A stretch of 63,762 nucleotides of DNA, counting the filler, from an uncultured Synergistales bacterium (lineage in GTDB: Bacteria > Synergistota > Synergistia > Synergistales > Aminobacteriaceae), in assembly GCA_937897575.1 (NCBI GenBank). It is 10 parts of 10 records of this genome, joined end to end, with 100 filler letters (N's around TTAATTAATTAA, not from the genome) between each part and the next. Parts side by side here need not be neighbours in the genome. Positions count along the whole stretch, not along the records: positions 29,843 to 31,601 come from CALCQG010000141.1; positions 31,702 to 33,311 come from CALCQG010000142.1; positions 33,412 to 55,311 come from CALCQG010000143.1; 7 more parts are not named here. One strand, written 5' to 3'. Made by a program: the position numbers and the translations under genes. Below the pieces are notes generated by a model. The model saw only the letters and a program-made list of their open reading frames with translations. It did not search any database and was not told where the DNA came from. This document shows, one piece after another, positions 30,360-40,064 of the stretch (position 1 is the stretch's first letter; each line of letters starts with the position of its first letter).

Positions 30360-31330
30360 ATGAAGATGACAAGAAGATCATTTCTGGCGTGCTCCATTTC
30401 CAGCTGCGCTCTCCTTGTTGGAGGCCTTGCGGGCTGCGGCAACGGCAGTTCAGGCGGCTCCGGTTCATCAAAAGCGGACAACGAGCCAACGAAAACCGTG
30501 ACGTGCGATGTCGCTGATGGCGTGTCCGTCAGTGTCGAAGTCCCTGACTCCTGGAACTACAGCGAAGACAAAAACGCTGGGTATATCAGCATCGTCCCGG
30601 GTGACTTCAACGGCATGGTGATGCTTGGCGTAAACATCAGCCCAATGAGTCAGTTTACCGACGACCAGAGCGTGCTCGACTATTGGGATTCCAAAGACCC
30701 CAGCCTCTCCGGCGATTGGGAGCAGGGGTTCGGCGTTGCTGTAAATCCGACTATTTGTTCTGGCGGGTCGATGACGGCGTCTCGCCTGTTTACGAGACGA
30801 CCTCTGCCCTCTCCGGCGAAAAGGACGGCAAGGGGATTGTCAGGGTCGCCATCTGCGGCGACTACGCGATTGCCTGTGAGTGTTATGCGGCTGGGAAAGA
30901 CTGGGACAACGGTGCAGAGGACGAGCTCCGGACCGTGATGTCCACCTACACTGTTTCGGATCCCGTCGCCCCGAACTATCCTCCAAAAGACGTCTTCACG
31001 ATAGTCAGTGCCACCCATGCAAAGGATTTGGGCTACGGTTACTGGGAGATGCACGTCACAGTTCAGAACAATTCTGATTCTGCCAAGAACTTCCTTGGCT
31101 TCCAGATTGATGAGCTGGACGCGGACGGCAACATCATTAAGTCCTACATGTCGTACAACAAGAATGCAGCCTACGCTGTAGTGGAGCCAGGGCAGACCGA
31201 CACCATTCCCCTCACCGAGGCCGCCGCAGATGGCATCGCGGGCATGCAGAGCCGCTACTGTGAATGGGGAGACAGTCCCTCTAACGCCACGAAGAGCGAA
31301 TACAGCGAGGTCTTCAAGACAATGTTTTAG
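30360..31330 (+). CDS. Lipoprotein with twin-arginine-like signal, interrupted by a frameshift at ~30726-30766
   Basis: TRRSFL and lipobox LAGC; continues in the frame of ORF 30683 (VDDGVSPV..VTVQNNS..VEPGQT). Confidence 0.6.
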
Positions 31331-31468
31331 ACCTCTTCCCAACACACTCGATGCTCCATCCCTCTGGCCTGGCACGTATGGGACTCTCCCTACGTGTCAG
31401 GTCCTTTTTGTGACGGCGCCGGATGATTCAGGCTGCGAGACCCTGAGATCTAGAGGAGGTGGCCCGGC

Positions 31469-31601
31469 ATGGCGAGGAGGGCGAAGCTCACGCAGGAGAT
31501 GGTCGACCAGGCCATCCAGCTGAAGGCGGACGGCCTTTCCAACGGCGACATCGTGTGCGCGCTGGGCATCCACGAGTCCACGTTCTACCGCTGGATCGGC
31601 G
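31469..31601 (+). CDS. Helix-turn-helix protein, N-terminal fragment (mobile-element type)
   Basis: RBS GGAGGT; KLTQEM..GLSNGDIVCALGIHESTFYRW. Confidence 0.7.
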
Positions 31602-31701
31602 NNNNNNNNNNNNNNNNNNNNNNNNNNNNNNNNNNNNNNNNNNNNTTAATTAATTAANNNNNNNNNNNNNNNNNNNNNNNNNNNNNNNNNNNNNNNNNNN
31701 N
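31602..31701. other. Artificial contig linker
   Basis: N44-TTAATTAATTAA-N44. Confidence 0.98.
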
Positions 31702-31798
31702 GTAAACGGGAAAATGCTTAAAATTTCAGAAAGAAAAAACGGGCAACACAAAAAAGCTGCCGCGAGAGCGCCAACTTGAAAGTGTTGCAAAAAGGGAG

Positions 31799-33010
31799 CT
31801 ATTCGGCTGTATCCAAAGAGGCCAGATGCTCTTTCACCTTGCCGTAGTAAATGCGCAGGAACTTGTTGCAGCCCGCCGTCATGTAGACGTGGTACGGTTT
31901 CCCCTCGGCGCGTTTCTTGTCAAGGAACCGGAATACAGGATCGTCGGGAGGGGCCTTCTGGAGCAGGGCGACCATTACCAGAAAAAGTGTTTTGCGCAAC
32001 TCGGGCGAGCCGCGTTTCGAGGAAGAAGTGCTCTTGGCTTCGTAAGAGCCGGATTGGTTGGGAGTAGGGTCGACGCCCGCGAACGCGGTCAGAGAACCCT
32101 TGTGGGCAAAACGGCTCACGTCGCCGATTTCGGCCATGAGCTGCGGCCCGAGGGAATCTCCCACGCCATATAGGGACATCACGACGGGGTACTCGGGGAG
32201 TTGTTCCGCCAGACGTTTCATCTCGGCCCGGAAGACCTCGACCGTTCTGGAAACAGCGTTCAACTGGGCGACAGCCTCCTGAACCAGCATCTTTGTCAAG
32301 GCGTCTTTCGGCAGCATGGCAATCAGGTCCTTCGCTTCCTCGTGGATTTCTCCGGCTCTGGCAGCGCTGAAATTGTAGCCGTGCCGTTTGCACCACTTGC
32401 GGTATCGCTCGATGAAAGCTGTCCGGCTCATGCTCCGCACACAGTCCACATGCCAGAAGGACGCGGCAAAATCCACCCACTTCTGGCTCCCGTCCTCACG
32501 GGCGGGGCTGTCGAAAAGGGCGTTCACACCGGGGTATGTCTGGTCAAGCAAAGCGATCAGGTTGTTTTTCAAGGCGGTCTTATTCTTGGTATACAGGCCA
32601 TACTGCCGGTTCATGTTTTTCAGTTGGTAACGAATCGTGTCCATAGGAGTATGTTGACGCAGATCGGCCCAGTTGTCAAGGCCGTACCGGGCAATCTTCA
32701 AGGAATCGGCCTTGTCCGTTTTGACACGGCGCAGGGAGTTGTTCCCATATTCTTTGATCAGCAGCGGATTGACCGCGCTGACGAAGATCCCGGCATCGTG
32801 AAGCATTTGGGCAACCGGCTCGTAATAACGCCCGGTGTGCTCCAGAATGACCCTCGTTTCGCCGTCCAGGCTTTTCAGGTAGTTTGCCAACTCCCGGAGT
32901 TCGGTGGCGGTGTGACGTACCTCGTGAGGCTTGACCGCCAATTCCCCAAAGGGACGGACGACGGCAACCATACTCTTGCCTTTGGAAACATCAATGCCGA
33001 CTGCGTTCAT
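31799..33010 (-). CDS. IS110-family transposase/recombinase
   Basis: GIDVSK, LEHTG, KTDKAD (DEDD RuvC) and AEIGD..AGVDP..NQSG..KRG..LR C-terminal domain. Confidence 0.96.
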   Translation of the reverse strand: MNAVGIDVSKGKSMVAVVRPFGELAVKPHEVRHTATELRELANYLKSLDGETRVILEHTGRYYEPVAQMLHDAGIFVSAVNPLLIKEYGNNSLRRVKTDKADSLKIARYGLDNWADLRQHTPMDTIRYQLKNMNRQYGLYTKNKTALKNNLIALLDQTYPGVNALFDSPAREDGSQKWVDFAASFWHVDCVRSMSRTAFIERYRKWCKRHGYNFSAARAGEIHEEAKDLIAMLPKDALTKMLVQEAVAQLNAVSRTVEVFRAEMKRLAEQLPEYPVVMSLYGVGDSLGPQLMAEIGDVSRFAHKGSLTAFAGVDPTPNQSGSYEAKSTSSSKRGSPELRKTLFLVMVALLQKAPPDDPVFRFLDKKRAEGKPYHVYMTAGCNKFLRIYYGKVKEHLASLDTAE

Positions 33011-33079
33011 GAAACACTCTCCCCATAACAGATTTGCAATTGGCCCCCTCGTTTGCGAGGGCTCCATCCTTTCCTCATT

Positions 33080-33290
33080 GCCGATTCTATCTGTTTGATG
33101 ACGCGAACGCCCCGGCGAACCGGCGGTTCTACCTGCATAAAACGAACGCTGTCAGAATGAGAGGACGGCTGACTGACTTAATTTCGGACGTGGTTAGTCC
33201 TTGGAGGTGATCGTCAGACCCATCGCTCTTTCATTCTAACAGCTTAGGCAACAAGATGGAAAAAGGCACGGCTGGCTGTCGTGCCTCTCA
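33080..33290 (-). ncRNA. Putative IS110 bridge RNA
   Basis: 5' hairpin 33264-33286; long stem 33148-33163/33228-33243 enclosing a 12x12-nt internal loop; second stem-loop ~33090-33143; ends approximate. Confidence 0.6.
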
Positions 33291-33311
33291 CCAAATTTAT
33301 AGTAACAGGAG

Positions 33312-33411
33312 NNNNNNNNNNNNNNNNNNNNNNNNNNNNNNNNNNNNNNNNNNNNTTAATTAATTAANNNNNNNNNNNNNNNNNNNNNNNNNNNNNNNNN
33401 NNNNNNNNNNN
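33312..33411. other. Artificial contig linker
   Basis: N44-TTAATTAATTAA-N44. Confidence 0.98.
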
Positions 33412-34196
33412 TTGCTCGGTTCGCCTCGTCCCTGCCCGGCTTCATCGTCGATCCCGCCGCCCTTCGGACGTGCAGGGCCGTACGACCGCCTGTCCGGGGC
33501 TGCGCGGGCGAGCGGATCGGGCGAGAGATCCGCCTCGGCCTCGAGGGGCGGGCGCACCTCTTCCTCGATGCCCTGAGGTCGGCGGAGCTGTTGGACGCCC
33601 TCTTCGGCGGGGAACGCCCGGATGACGGACAGTTCGATGCCCTGAGGAACCGGATGGAGCGCCTCGTGTCATGGGGCGCCTCTCTTTCTGTGCGCGCCGC
33701 CGCCCTCTTCTGCCGGGCAGACGCCTCTTCCGTCGACGAGGGTGGGGCCCTTCGCGCGCGAAGAGCCCTGACACCCTGGCGATGGGGCGACGCCCTCGTG
33801 GACGGGACGACGGAGCTCGTCCGTCGGCGGATGATCCTTCATGGACCTCTGACGCCCGAGGCCATGGCCCGCCTGTTCATCTCCAGGGGGGCGAACTTCC
33901 TCGGCGACCTGTTCCAGCTTGCCCTCGTCTTTGCCCGCGAGGGGGCTCTCGCCCGATGGATCGGAAACCGCGCCCTTTTCGTTGCCATGATCGCCCGATC
34001 GGCTTGCGAGCGAGAGGTGCTCCCCGATGGCGAACTTCTCATGGAACGGCTTGCCCTGGCGCCCGGCCCCGCCGTCGGAGAGGTCCTCCGTTTCCTCAGG
34101 GAGGAGCACCTCGTGGGTGCGCTCCGTTCGCGAGAGGAGGCCCTTGCGAAGGCCGCCCGCTTCCTGAGGACAAAGGGAGGGCATCACGCGGGATGA
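33412..34196 (+). CDS. tRNA nucleotidyltransferase/poly(A) polymerase family protein, C-terminal part
   Basis: ARFASSLPGF..GERIGREI; C-terminal DGELLMERL..PGPAVGEVL..REEAL. Confidence 0.75.
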
Positions 34197-34326
34197 GAGC
34201 CGCGAAGGGGGCTCCTCACACCGCGCTTAGGCGCTTTGGTAGAATGTTCATCAAAGGGGCGCGACGGACTCTCCCATGCCGCGCGCCCCACGATCACGCT
34301 GCGAACGCAGGAGGAGGTGATCCCTT

Positions 34327-35616
34327 ATGAGAGTCTCCATCCCCTACGGCCGGTCCGCCCTCTCATGCGACATTCCGGACGATCGTCTCAGAGGGGTGCT
34401 CGTATCGAAACTGCGCGATCTGAAGGCCGACGGGCCTGAGGAGGGCATCGTCCGGAAATCCCTGGAGCAGCCCATCGCCTCTCCCAGGCTGCGCGACCTC
34501 GCGCGCGGCAAGCGGAACGTGGTGATCCTCTCGAGCGACCATACGCGCCCGGTGCCCAGCCGGATCATCATGCCCCTGCTTCTCGAGGAGGTCCGCGCCG
34601 GAAATCCCGACGCGGACGTCACGATTCTTGTCTCCACAGGCGGACACAGGGCGACGACCCCTCGAGAACTGCTGGAGCGGTACGGCAAGGAGATCGCCGA
34701 AGGGGAGCGGATCGTGGTCCACGACAGCCATGACGAAGGCCTGCTCGTTCCCGTGGGGACGCTGCCGTCGGGCGGCGCCCTCGTCCTGAACAGGCTCGCC
34801 GTCGAGGCGGACCTTCTCGTCGCCGAGGGATTCATCGAGCCCCACTTCTTCGCCGGCTTCTCCGGCGGACGGAAGAGCGTGTTCCCCGGCGTCGCCGGGT
34901 ACCGGACGGTCATGGCGAACCACTGCGCCGAGTTCATCGCGAGCGACGGGGCCAGCACGGGCGTTCTGGAGGGCAACCCGATCCACCGGGATATGGTCCA
35001 CGCCGCCCGGACAGCGGGGCTGGCCTTCATCTGCAACGTGGTCCTCGATTCGGCGAAGCGCATCGTGGCCTCCTTCAGCGGCGACATGGAGAGGGCGCAC
35101 GAAGAGGGGTGCGCCCTTGTCGGCCGGTTCGCCCGCGTGCAGGCCGTCCCGGCGGACATCGTCCTGACGGGCAACGGAGGGTATCCGCTGGACCAGAACC
35201 TCTATCAGGCGGTGAAGAGCATGACCGCCGGGGAGGCGACGTGCAGGAGGGGCGGTGTCATCATCGTCGCGTCGGAGTGCAGCGACGGCCACGGCGGAGA
35301 GGCCTTCTCCCGGACCTTCGAGGCGGTGAAGACGGCGAAGGACGTCATGGACCACATCATGGCGCGAGGGCGGGACGAGACGGAGGCGGATCAGTGGCAG
35401 ATCCAGATCTTCGCCCGGGTGCTCATGAATCACCGGGTGATCATGGTGACGTCGGCCCCGAGGGAGATGGTGGAGCGCCTCAATATGGAGTGGGCCCCCA
35501 CGCTGGAGGCGGCCATCAGTCGGGCGGAGGCCGTCCTCGGGAACCCCGGCGCCGGGATCACGGTGGTCCCGGACGGGGTGGGCGTGATCGTGGCCGCCGG
35601 ACGACAGGGAGAATGA
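34327..35616 (+). CDS. larA: Nickel-pincer-dependent LarA-family racemase/epimerase
   Basis: SDHTRP, GGHR, FIEPHFFAGFSGGRKS, NH, DQNLYQAVK, DQWQ. Confidence 0.92.
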   Translation: MRVSIPYGRSALSCDIPDDRLRGVLVSKLRDLKADGPEEGIVRKSLEQPIASPRLRDLARGKRNVVILSSDHTRPVPSRIIMPLLLEEVRAGNPDADVTILVSTGGHRATTPRELLERYGKEIAEGERIVVHDSHDEGLLVPVGTLPSGGALVLNRLAVEADLLVAEGFIEPHFFAGFSGGRKSVFPGVAGYRTVMANHCAEFIASDGASTGVLEGNPIHRDMVHAARTAGLAFICNVVLDSAKRIVASFSGDMERAHEEGCALVGRFARVQAVPADIVLTGNGGYPLDQNLYQAVKSMTAGEATCRRGGVIIVASECSDGHGGEAFSRTFEAVKTAKDVMDHIMARGRDETEADQWQIQIFARVLMNHRVIMVTSAPREMVERLNMEWAPTLEAAISRAEAVLGNPGAGITVVPDGVGVIVAAGRQGE

Positions 35617-35775
35617 CCGTCGCGAAACCGGGACGATACAACGGCGACGGGTCGGAAGGGCGAAACTCGTGAGCGACGGCCCGTCGGCTCCGGATAAATC
35701 CCTGGAGTGTGTGGGCGAAGCCCCGGCAAACCTATGCGCAGAGGGGTAAAGAGTGCATTGAAAGGAGCAGGGACC

Positions 35776-36768
35776 ATGCAAAAAAAGCTTCTTGGCATCA
35801 CCATCGGCGATCCGTCGGGCGTGGGGCCGGAGATCGCCCTGAAGATCTTCCGGCACGCCGACGTCCTTTCGACATGTCACCCCGTCCTCTACGGGGACGA
35901 ATATGTGCTGAAGAGGGTTGCTCCCATCGTCGGGCACAGGATGCCCCTTGCCGTGATCGGCGACCCGAGGGAGGCCAGAACCGGCGTGGTGAACCTCGTC
36001 TCCACCAACGCCCTGAACGAACCCTACGATTTCGCGACGGTGCAGGGAAAGTGCGGTCACGCCGCCTTCACCTACATCGAACGGGCCATCGGCGACGCCC
36101 TCGCAGGAAAAATTGAGGCCGTCGTCACGGGGCCCATCCACAAGGAGGCGTTGCACGAAGGGGGTCACGACTACTCGGGGCACACTGAGATCTTCGCCGA
36201 CCTCACGGGGACGACGAACTACGCCATGCTCCTCACGGGGGGGCCCATGCGGGTCATCCACGTCTCGACCCACGTCTCCCTTCGTCAGGCCTGCGACCGC
36301 GCCACAAAGGAGCGGGTGCTCACCGTCATCCGTCTCGCCCATGACGTCGTCCGCGGGCTGGGGGTCGCCAACCCGAGGATCGCCGTGGCGGGGCTCAACC
36401 CCCACAGCGGAGAGGGGGGCCTCTTCGGGGACGAGGAGCTGAGCCAGATCATCCCGGCCATCGAGGCCGCCCGGAGCGAGGGGATGGACGTCACGGGGCC
36501 CGTGCCGCCCGATACGGTGTTCGTCAAGCACAGAAACGGCGATTCGGACATCGTCGTGGCCATGTACCACGACCAGGGGCATATCCCGCTGAAGCTCGTG
36601 GACTTCATGGGCGGAGTGAACATCACCGTGGGGCTGCCCATCATCCGGACGTCCGTGGACCACGGAACGGCCTACGGCAAGGCGGGGAAAGGGACGGCCG
36701 ACGAGTCGAGCATGATCGCCGCCATCCAGGCCGCCGTGCAGCTTGCGAAGAACGCGACGGAGAGGTGA
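35776..36768 (+). CDS. pdxA: PdxA2-type 4-phospho-threonate/erythronate dehydrogenase
   Basis: GDPSGVGPE, GHTE, GLNPHSGE, AMYHDQGHIPLK, RTSVDHGTA; adjacent DUF1537 kinase. Confidence 0.92.
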   Translation: MQKKLLGITIGDPSGVGPEIALKIFRHADVLSTCHPVLYGDEYVLKRVAPIVGHRMPLAVIGDPREARTGVVNLVSTNALNEPYDFATVQGKCGHAAFTYIERAIGDALAGKIEAVVTGPIHKEALHEGGHDYSGHTEIFADLTGTTNYAMLLTGGPMRVIHVSTHVSLRQACDRATKERVLTVIRLAHDVVRGLGVANPRIAVAGLNPHSGEGGLFGDEELSQIIPAIEAARSEGMDVTGPVPPDTVFVKHRNGDSDIVVAMYHDQGHIPLKLVDFMGGVNITVGLPIIRTSVDHGTAYGKAGKGTADESSMIAAIQAAVQLAKNATER

Positions 36769-36772
36769 TCCC

Positions 36773-38020
36773 ATGGAGGAGCGGCGATACGTGGTCATAG
36801 CCGACGATCTGACGGGGTCCAACGATACGGGCATACAGTTTCTCGAGGCCGGCTATCGGTCCTTGGTGATCCTCGACCCGGCGGAGCTTTCCTCTCTGGA
36901 GGACCACGGTGCGACGGTCGTGGACACGGAGTCGAGGAACGCCGCCGCCGCCGAGGCAGCGAGAGTTATGGGCGCTGTGGCCGACTATCTCGAGCCCATG
37001 AGAGGGAGGCGGATCGTCTACAAGAAGGTGGATTCAACGCTGAGGGGCAATATCGCCGTGGAGGTGGCGGTCCTCGAGCATCGCCTCGGGCTGCCCGTGA
37101 CGGTCTTCGCGCCGGCGTATCCACGGAACGGCCGGACCGTTCGGGACGGGCTCCTGCTCCTGGACGGTGTCCCCGTCGCGGAGACGGAGATGGGGCGCGA
37201 CCCGAGAAAACCCGTCGTCACGTCGTCTCTTCAGAAAACCCTTCGCGGCGAAGAGGGCTGGGAAACAGTCCGTCACGTCGCGCGTGACGCCATACGGAAC
37301 GGATATATCCCCCGCATCCTCTCGGAGGCGGGCGGGAGGGGAACATTCTCCTTCGACGGGGAGACGGAGGAGGACCTTCGCTCCATCGTGGCCGGCGTGA
37401 CGGAGGTAGCCGCGCCGGAGGATGTGCTCTGGGTCGGGTCTGCAGGGCTGGCTGCGGCCCTGGTGACGCCGAAACCGGTGCTGCTCGTCGTGGGCAGCCT
37501 CAGTCAGAAAAGCGTCGATCAAGCTCGGTACGTCTCGGGGCGAGGCATCGCGCACCCCGTTCCTGTGGACGTGGAGACCCTTCTCGAATGCCGCGACGAC
37601 GAGGTGCGGCGGGCATCCGCTGCGGTGACGGCCATACTTCGGAGCGGGCGAAACGCCCTTCTGTCCTCGTCCTTCGACGCGGAGCAGAGCCCAGTGCGGC
37701 GATCGGCCGACGAGGCTCAGGGGATAAGCCGCGCCCTCGCCGCCATCGTGGCTCAGGTGCTCCGGAACGTCGGGACGGGAGGGCTCTTCGTCACGGGCGG
37801 CGAGGTCGCCGTGGAGGTGGTTCGTGCCCTTGGCGGGCGGGGGGTGCGCCTTGTCCGGGAGGTTGAGCCGGGTATCCCCCTCGTCCGCCTCCTGGGAGGT
37901 CCGCACGATGGGCTGCCCGTGGTTACGAAGGCCGGCGGTTTCGGCGGGGAGGCCACGATGGCGAACTGCGTGGACGCTCTGCTTCTGAACGAAAAGAACC
38001 GGAGGAGGGGGATCGAGTGA
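36773..38020 (+). CDS. Four-carbon acid sugar kinase (DUF1537, DtnK/DenK-like)
   Basis: IADDLTGSND, DTESR, YKKVDSTLRGN, TGGE, TKAGGFG. Confidence 0.92.
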   Translation: MEERRYVVIADDLTGSNDTGIQFLEAGYRSLVILDPAELSSLEDHGATVVDTESRNAAAAEAARVMGAVADYLEPMRGRRIVYKKVDSTLRGNIAVEVAVLEHRLGLPVTVFAPAYPRNGRTVRDGLLLLDGVPVAETEMGRDPRKPVVTSSLQKTLRGEEGWETVRHVARDAIRNGYIPRILSEAGGRGTFSFDGETEEDLRSIVAGVTEVAAPEDVLWVGSAGLAAALVTPKPVLLVVGSLSQKSVDQARYVSGRGIAHPVPVDVETLLECRDDEVRRASAAVTAILRSGRNALLSSSFDAEQSPVRRSADEAQGISRALAAIVAQVLRNVGTGGLFVTGGEVAVEVVRALGGRGVRLVREVEPGIPLVRLLGGPHDGLPVVTKAGGFGGEATMANCVDALLLNEKNRRRGIE

Positions 38021-39269
38021 CGGATATGGTACGGGAGGATGCCCTGACGATTGCCCGTGAGGCCATAGCGGCCGTCCTGCCCGAAGCGGCCGTTCGGGAG
38101 GCGCTGAAACGGGCCCCCTTCATGACGGGCGCCGGCCGGGTGGTCCTCGTGGCCATCGGCAAGGCGGCGTGGCGGATGGCGAAGGCCGCCGCCGAGATCC
38201 TGGGAGAGCGGTGCGACAGGGGTGTGGTGATCACGAAGTACCACCACAACATGGGGCCCATCGGGGACTTCGAGATCCACGAGGCGGGGCACCCCATCCC
38301 CGACGACAACACGGTTCGCGCGACGGAGAGGGCTCTGGCCGCCGTCGAAGGGCTGAAAAAAGAGGACACGGTGCTCTTTCTCGTCTCGGGAGGAGGGTCC
38401 GCCCTTTTCGAAAGGCCGAGGGAGGGGTTGAACCTCTCGGATATCGTGTCCGTCACGGATCAGCTGCTTGCGTGCGGTGCCGACATCGTGGAGATCAACA
38501 TGATCCGCAAGCGCCTCTCCGCCGTGAAGGCGGGGCGGTTCGCCGTCCTGGCCTCTCCCGCGTCCGTGTACGCGATCGTGCTCTCCGATGTGCTGGGCGA
38601 CCGGCTGGACAGCATCGCGTCAGGGCCCGCCCACCCTGATGCCTCCACGGCGGAGGATGCCCTTCGGGTGGTGGCGAAATACGGTCTCGACCTCCCTGAA
38701 CAGGTCCGGCGGGCTCTGGACGAGGAGACCCCCAAGACAGTGGATAACGTGACATCGGTCATCGCGGGGAGCGTGGGGGCGCTGTGCCATGCCGCCCTAG
38801 CGGCGGCGGAGCGCCTCGGATACCGTACCCTGTTGCTGACCACGACGCTGAACTGCGAGGCCCGGGAGGCCGGTTCCTTCATCGCCTCCATGGCCCGGGA
38901 GATCCGTTCCTCGGGGAACCCCGTCGCCCCTCCCTGCGCCGTCCTCCTCGGCGGCGAGACCGTCGTCCATCTGAAGGGCAAGGGGAGGGGCGGGCGGAAC
39001 CAGGAGATCGCCCTCGCGGCGGCGAAGGGCATAGCAGGGTTGCCTCGAACGGCGGTGCTCTCCGTCGGCTCCGACGGGACGGACGGCCCCACGGATGCCG
39101 CGGGCGGCATTGTGGATGGGGAAACGGCCCGTCTGCTCGCCGGCGCGGGGGTTGACCTTGAAAAATCTCTGGCGGACAACGACTCCTACCACGCCCGTGC
39201 GGCGGGCTCGTCATGACAGGGCCCACCGGGACCAACGTAAACGACCTCATGCTCCTGCTCTGCCGGTAG
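38017..39269 (+). CDS. Glycerate 2-kinase (MOFRL/TtuD family), frameshifted near 39196
   Basis: IGKAA, AGHPIP, SGGGSAL, GGET, GGRNQE, SDGTDG; terminal GPTGTNVND lies in another frame. Confidence 0.9.
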
Positions 39270-39337
39270 CGACCGGAGCGCCGGGGCGTCTCCAATCTCC
39301 TCAGCCTTTTGCACACTCCGTAACCGCCGTTCTCCTC

Positions 39338-39399
39338 TTGACAGGATATTTTTTTCGTTCTATTCTTGTGGTATACCAGTTGCACAGGGTGGTATACCA
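39338..39399 (+). promoter_or_regulatory. Promoter with two GntR/FadR-type operator palindromes
   Basis: TTGACA-17-TATTCT; TGGTATACCA at 39369-39378 and 39390-39399. Confidence 0.8.
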
Positions 39400-40058
39400 T
39401 GAAGAACAAGCTCGCTTCAGGCGTATACGAGAGAATTAAAAAGGGGATACTCTCCCTCGAATTTCCCCCGGATTCCACCCTTCAGGAGCGCGCTCTGGCC
39501 GAAGAGCTCTCCGTCAGCCGGACGCCCGTCCGTGAGGCTGTGCAGCGTCTTTCCCAGGAGGGGTGGCTCCGTGTCAATTCGAGAAAGAATATCCAGGTCC
39601 GCTCCGTGTCCACCTCCGATCTTCGGGAGGTCTTCCAGGTCCGGTGTCTCCTCGAGGGGCACGCCCTGGATCTGCTTCTGAACACGGGGCTCTACCGCGA
39701 GACGGGCCGGAGGATGGGGTCCATCGCTCTGGAGATGGAGGGGGCCAGAGGCAGCCTCTTCTCCTTCATCACCACGGACCAGTCCTTCCACTCAGTGCTC
39801 TTCCACGTCCTCGGCAACTCGCGCCTCCGCACCTTCTGGCACGCCGTCAGCGAGGAGATGATCTGGCTCGGTATGCTCGCCATGAACGAGAAACGGTACG
39901 ACGACGTGTTGTCGGAGCACGGCAAGATCGTGGAGGCGGTGCGGGAGGGGCGGAAGAAGGCGGCAAAACAGGCTCTGCAGGAGCACCTTGACAGCACGGA
40001 GAACATTCTTCTCCGAAAGCTCGACGGTATGGCGTTCGAATCTGAAAGGGGGAGTTGA
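39399..40058 (+). CDS. GntR-family (FCD) transcriptional regulator
   Basis: ERALAEELSVSRTPVREA; DQSFH..GN..EH FCD motifs. Confidence 0.93.
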   Translation: MKNKLASGVYERIKKGILSLEFPPDSTLQERALAEELSVSRTPVREAVQRLSQEGWLRVNSRKNIQVRSVSTSDLREVFQVRCLLEGHALDLLLNTGLYRETGRRMGSIALEMEGARGSLFSFITTDQSFHSVLFHVLGNSRLRTFWHAVSEEMIWLGMLAMNEKRYDDVLSEHGKIVEAVREGRKKAAKQALQEHLDSTENILLRKLDGMAFESERGS

Positions 40059-40064
40059 AAGGTC

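Larger units (their letters stand above)
31702..33311 (-). mobile_element. IS110-family insertion sequence making up the whole contig
   Basis: Recombinase ORF, ~300-bp structured left end, ~97-bp right end; lower GC than the host contigs. Confidence 0.9.

Noticed and set aside
35617..35775. c-di-GMP-I riboswitch between larA and pdxA (GGCAAACC, GNRA-like loops)
   Set aside because: The GGGACGCAAAGC receptor block and P1/P3 pairing are not in the required order.
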